From the IMG/VR virus record IMGVR_UViG_3300050821_009835, positions 62,001 through 126,000 of that record: a stretch of 64,000 bases of DNA; one strand, given 5' to 3'. Positions 63,093 to 64,000 of the stretch are shown here, in pieces. A program made the position numbers and the translations under genes. Every line of letters begins with the position of its first letter. Position 1 is the stretch's first letter. Below the pieces are notes generated by a model, which saw only the letters and a program-made list of their open reading frames with translations, did not search any database and was not told the DNA's origin.

Positions 63093-64000
63093 TCAGATTA
63101 GAAACACTTGAACTTGTAAATTGTTCAAACAAATGGTTACTGCAGCTGCACCTGTATTGATTAACTGGATCGCAAAGCCAAAATTGGAATCATTGATGAA
63201 TGTGCTTGTGACAATCCCACCCCAGTTGTCAGTTGGTCCTCCAATTACTTCTTTAAGAACTTGTGAGGTCCAGGGAGTGTTCAAAACTCTACTGGCATAA
63301 GAACCATAAGGGCCGTATAATTGTACGCTCTGAGTAAAGATTGTTCTGGAATTATCGGGATAACGGCTATAAAATTTCTGAAAAGAAATCTCTATCCCAG
63401 CTACAGTTTTGTTTGTGGGAATTTCAAAGTTAAAACCAGAGACAGGGATCGTTACAGAATCATTACCCGCCAAACCTATAACAACCCAGTTTGAAGAAAC
63501 CTCATCTGTTAGAGAATTTGAGATGTTGTTAAGACCGCGAACACTGGACAATGAGACAGACTGCTTCACTGCTGTGGATTTGTTTCCTGAATTTACCAGC
63601 ACTACAGAAGAGATAACTCCCTTCAAAACAGAAATCCCAGCAACATAAGCAGAAGTTGCCCCGGATTCCGTGGTTCCTGATCCAGAACTAATACCAATTG
63701 AAGCCCCAATCAAGACCCCCTTCGCACCCAGTTTTGCCGTATGGGTAATCCGACCAACAGCACTTCCTATTAGGATTCCTGGAGAATGAAGCAGAGCAGT
63801 TTCAGTAGCAAGCCCGGTAGAATTTCCGAGTAGTGCGCCCTTAGCTTTTAAGTCACTAAGGCAAAAAACAAAGCCTGTAATAGAGCCGCGAAGCCGCCCA
63901 GTATCCTGGGTGACACCAGTTACAGTTGAGGTAGCAATTAGAAAACTCGATAATTTACCGAGTGCCTTTATAAGAGCAGTTTCACTTGCCGCTCCCACTC
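63093..64000 (-). CDS. Structural protein, 5'-partial
   Basis: Open to the window edge; G/S/T-rich; GFNFEIPTNKTVAGIEI beta-sandwich-like C-terminus. Confidence 0.6.
   Translation of the reverse strand, partial: VGAASETALIKALGKLSSFLIATSTVTGVTQDTGRLRGSITGFVFCLSDLKAKGALLGNSTGLATETALLHSPGILIGSAVGRITHTAKLGAKGVLIGASIGISSGSGTTESGATSAYVAGISVLKGVISSVVLVNSGNKSTAVKQSVSLSSVRGLNNISNSLTDEVSSNWVVIGLAGNDSVTIPVSGFNFEIPTNKTVAGIEISFQKFYSRYPDNSRTIFTQSVQLYGPYGSYASRVLNTPWTSQVLKEVIGGPTDNWGGIVTSTFINDSNFGFAIQLINTGAAAVTICLNNLQVQVFLI

Noticed and set aside
1-64000. CRISPR array, rRNA, tRNA genes
   Set aside because: No regularly spaced repeats or cloverleafs seen; intergenic gaps are mostly under 200 bp.
1-64000. Stop-codon reassignment
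   Set aside because: Long ORFs tile the window in the standard code, and TAA, TAG and TGA all end genes at tight junctions.

Overview
The window is a gene-dense segment of a large, probably jumbo-class, contractile-tailed dsDNA phage in the standard genetic code. Its host is likely diderm, because it carries an OmpA-domain protein and a candidate outer-membrane barrel. From 1 to 21.7 kb (+ strand) are nucleotide and DNA-modification genes (HAD hydrolase, AlkB-like 2OG-Fe(II) oxygenase, a thymidylate-synthase-fold enzyme with the dCMP-hydroxymethylase Asp, dUTPase). The same arm holds a PspA-like / SBP-OmpA / ABC-transporter membrane module, an HD hydrolase and an NAD+-dependent DNA ligase split in two by an antisense endonuclease gene. 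From 21.7 to 53.5 kb (mostly - strand) are baseplate and tail genes interleaved with large multi-enzyme 'polyvalent' proteins. From 53.6 to 64 kb are an HTH-metallophosphoesterase, GNATs, a SNF2-type helicase, a nuclease and a partial structural gene. The most striking signal is a set of polyproteins whose effector domains (ADP-ribosyltransferases, GNATs, an Acb1-like 2H phosphoesterase, ParB-like, papain-like, pyrophosphatase-like, RelA/SpoT) are separated by a recurring short [K/R]-x-A linker. The largest is flanked by a JAB protease gene and a DUF6527-like gene. All family assignments come from motifs read by eye; no database searches were run. No tRNA, rRNA or CRISPR array could be supported.
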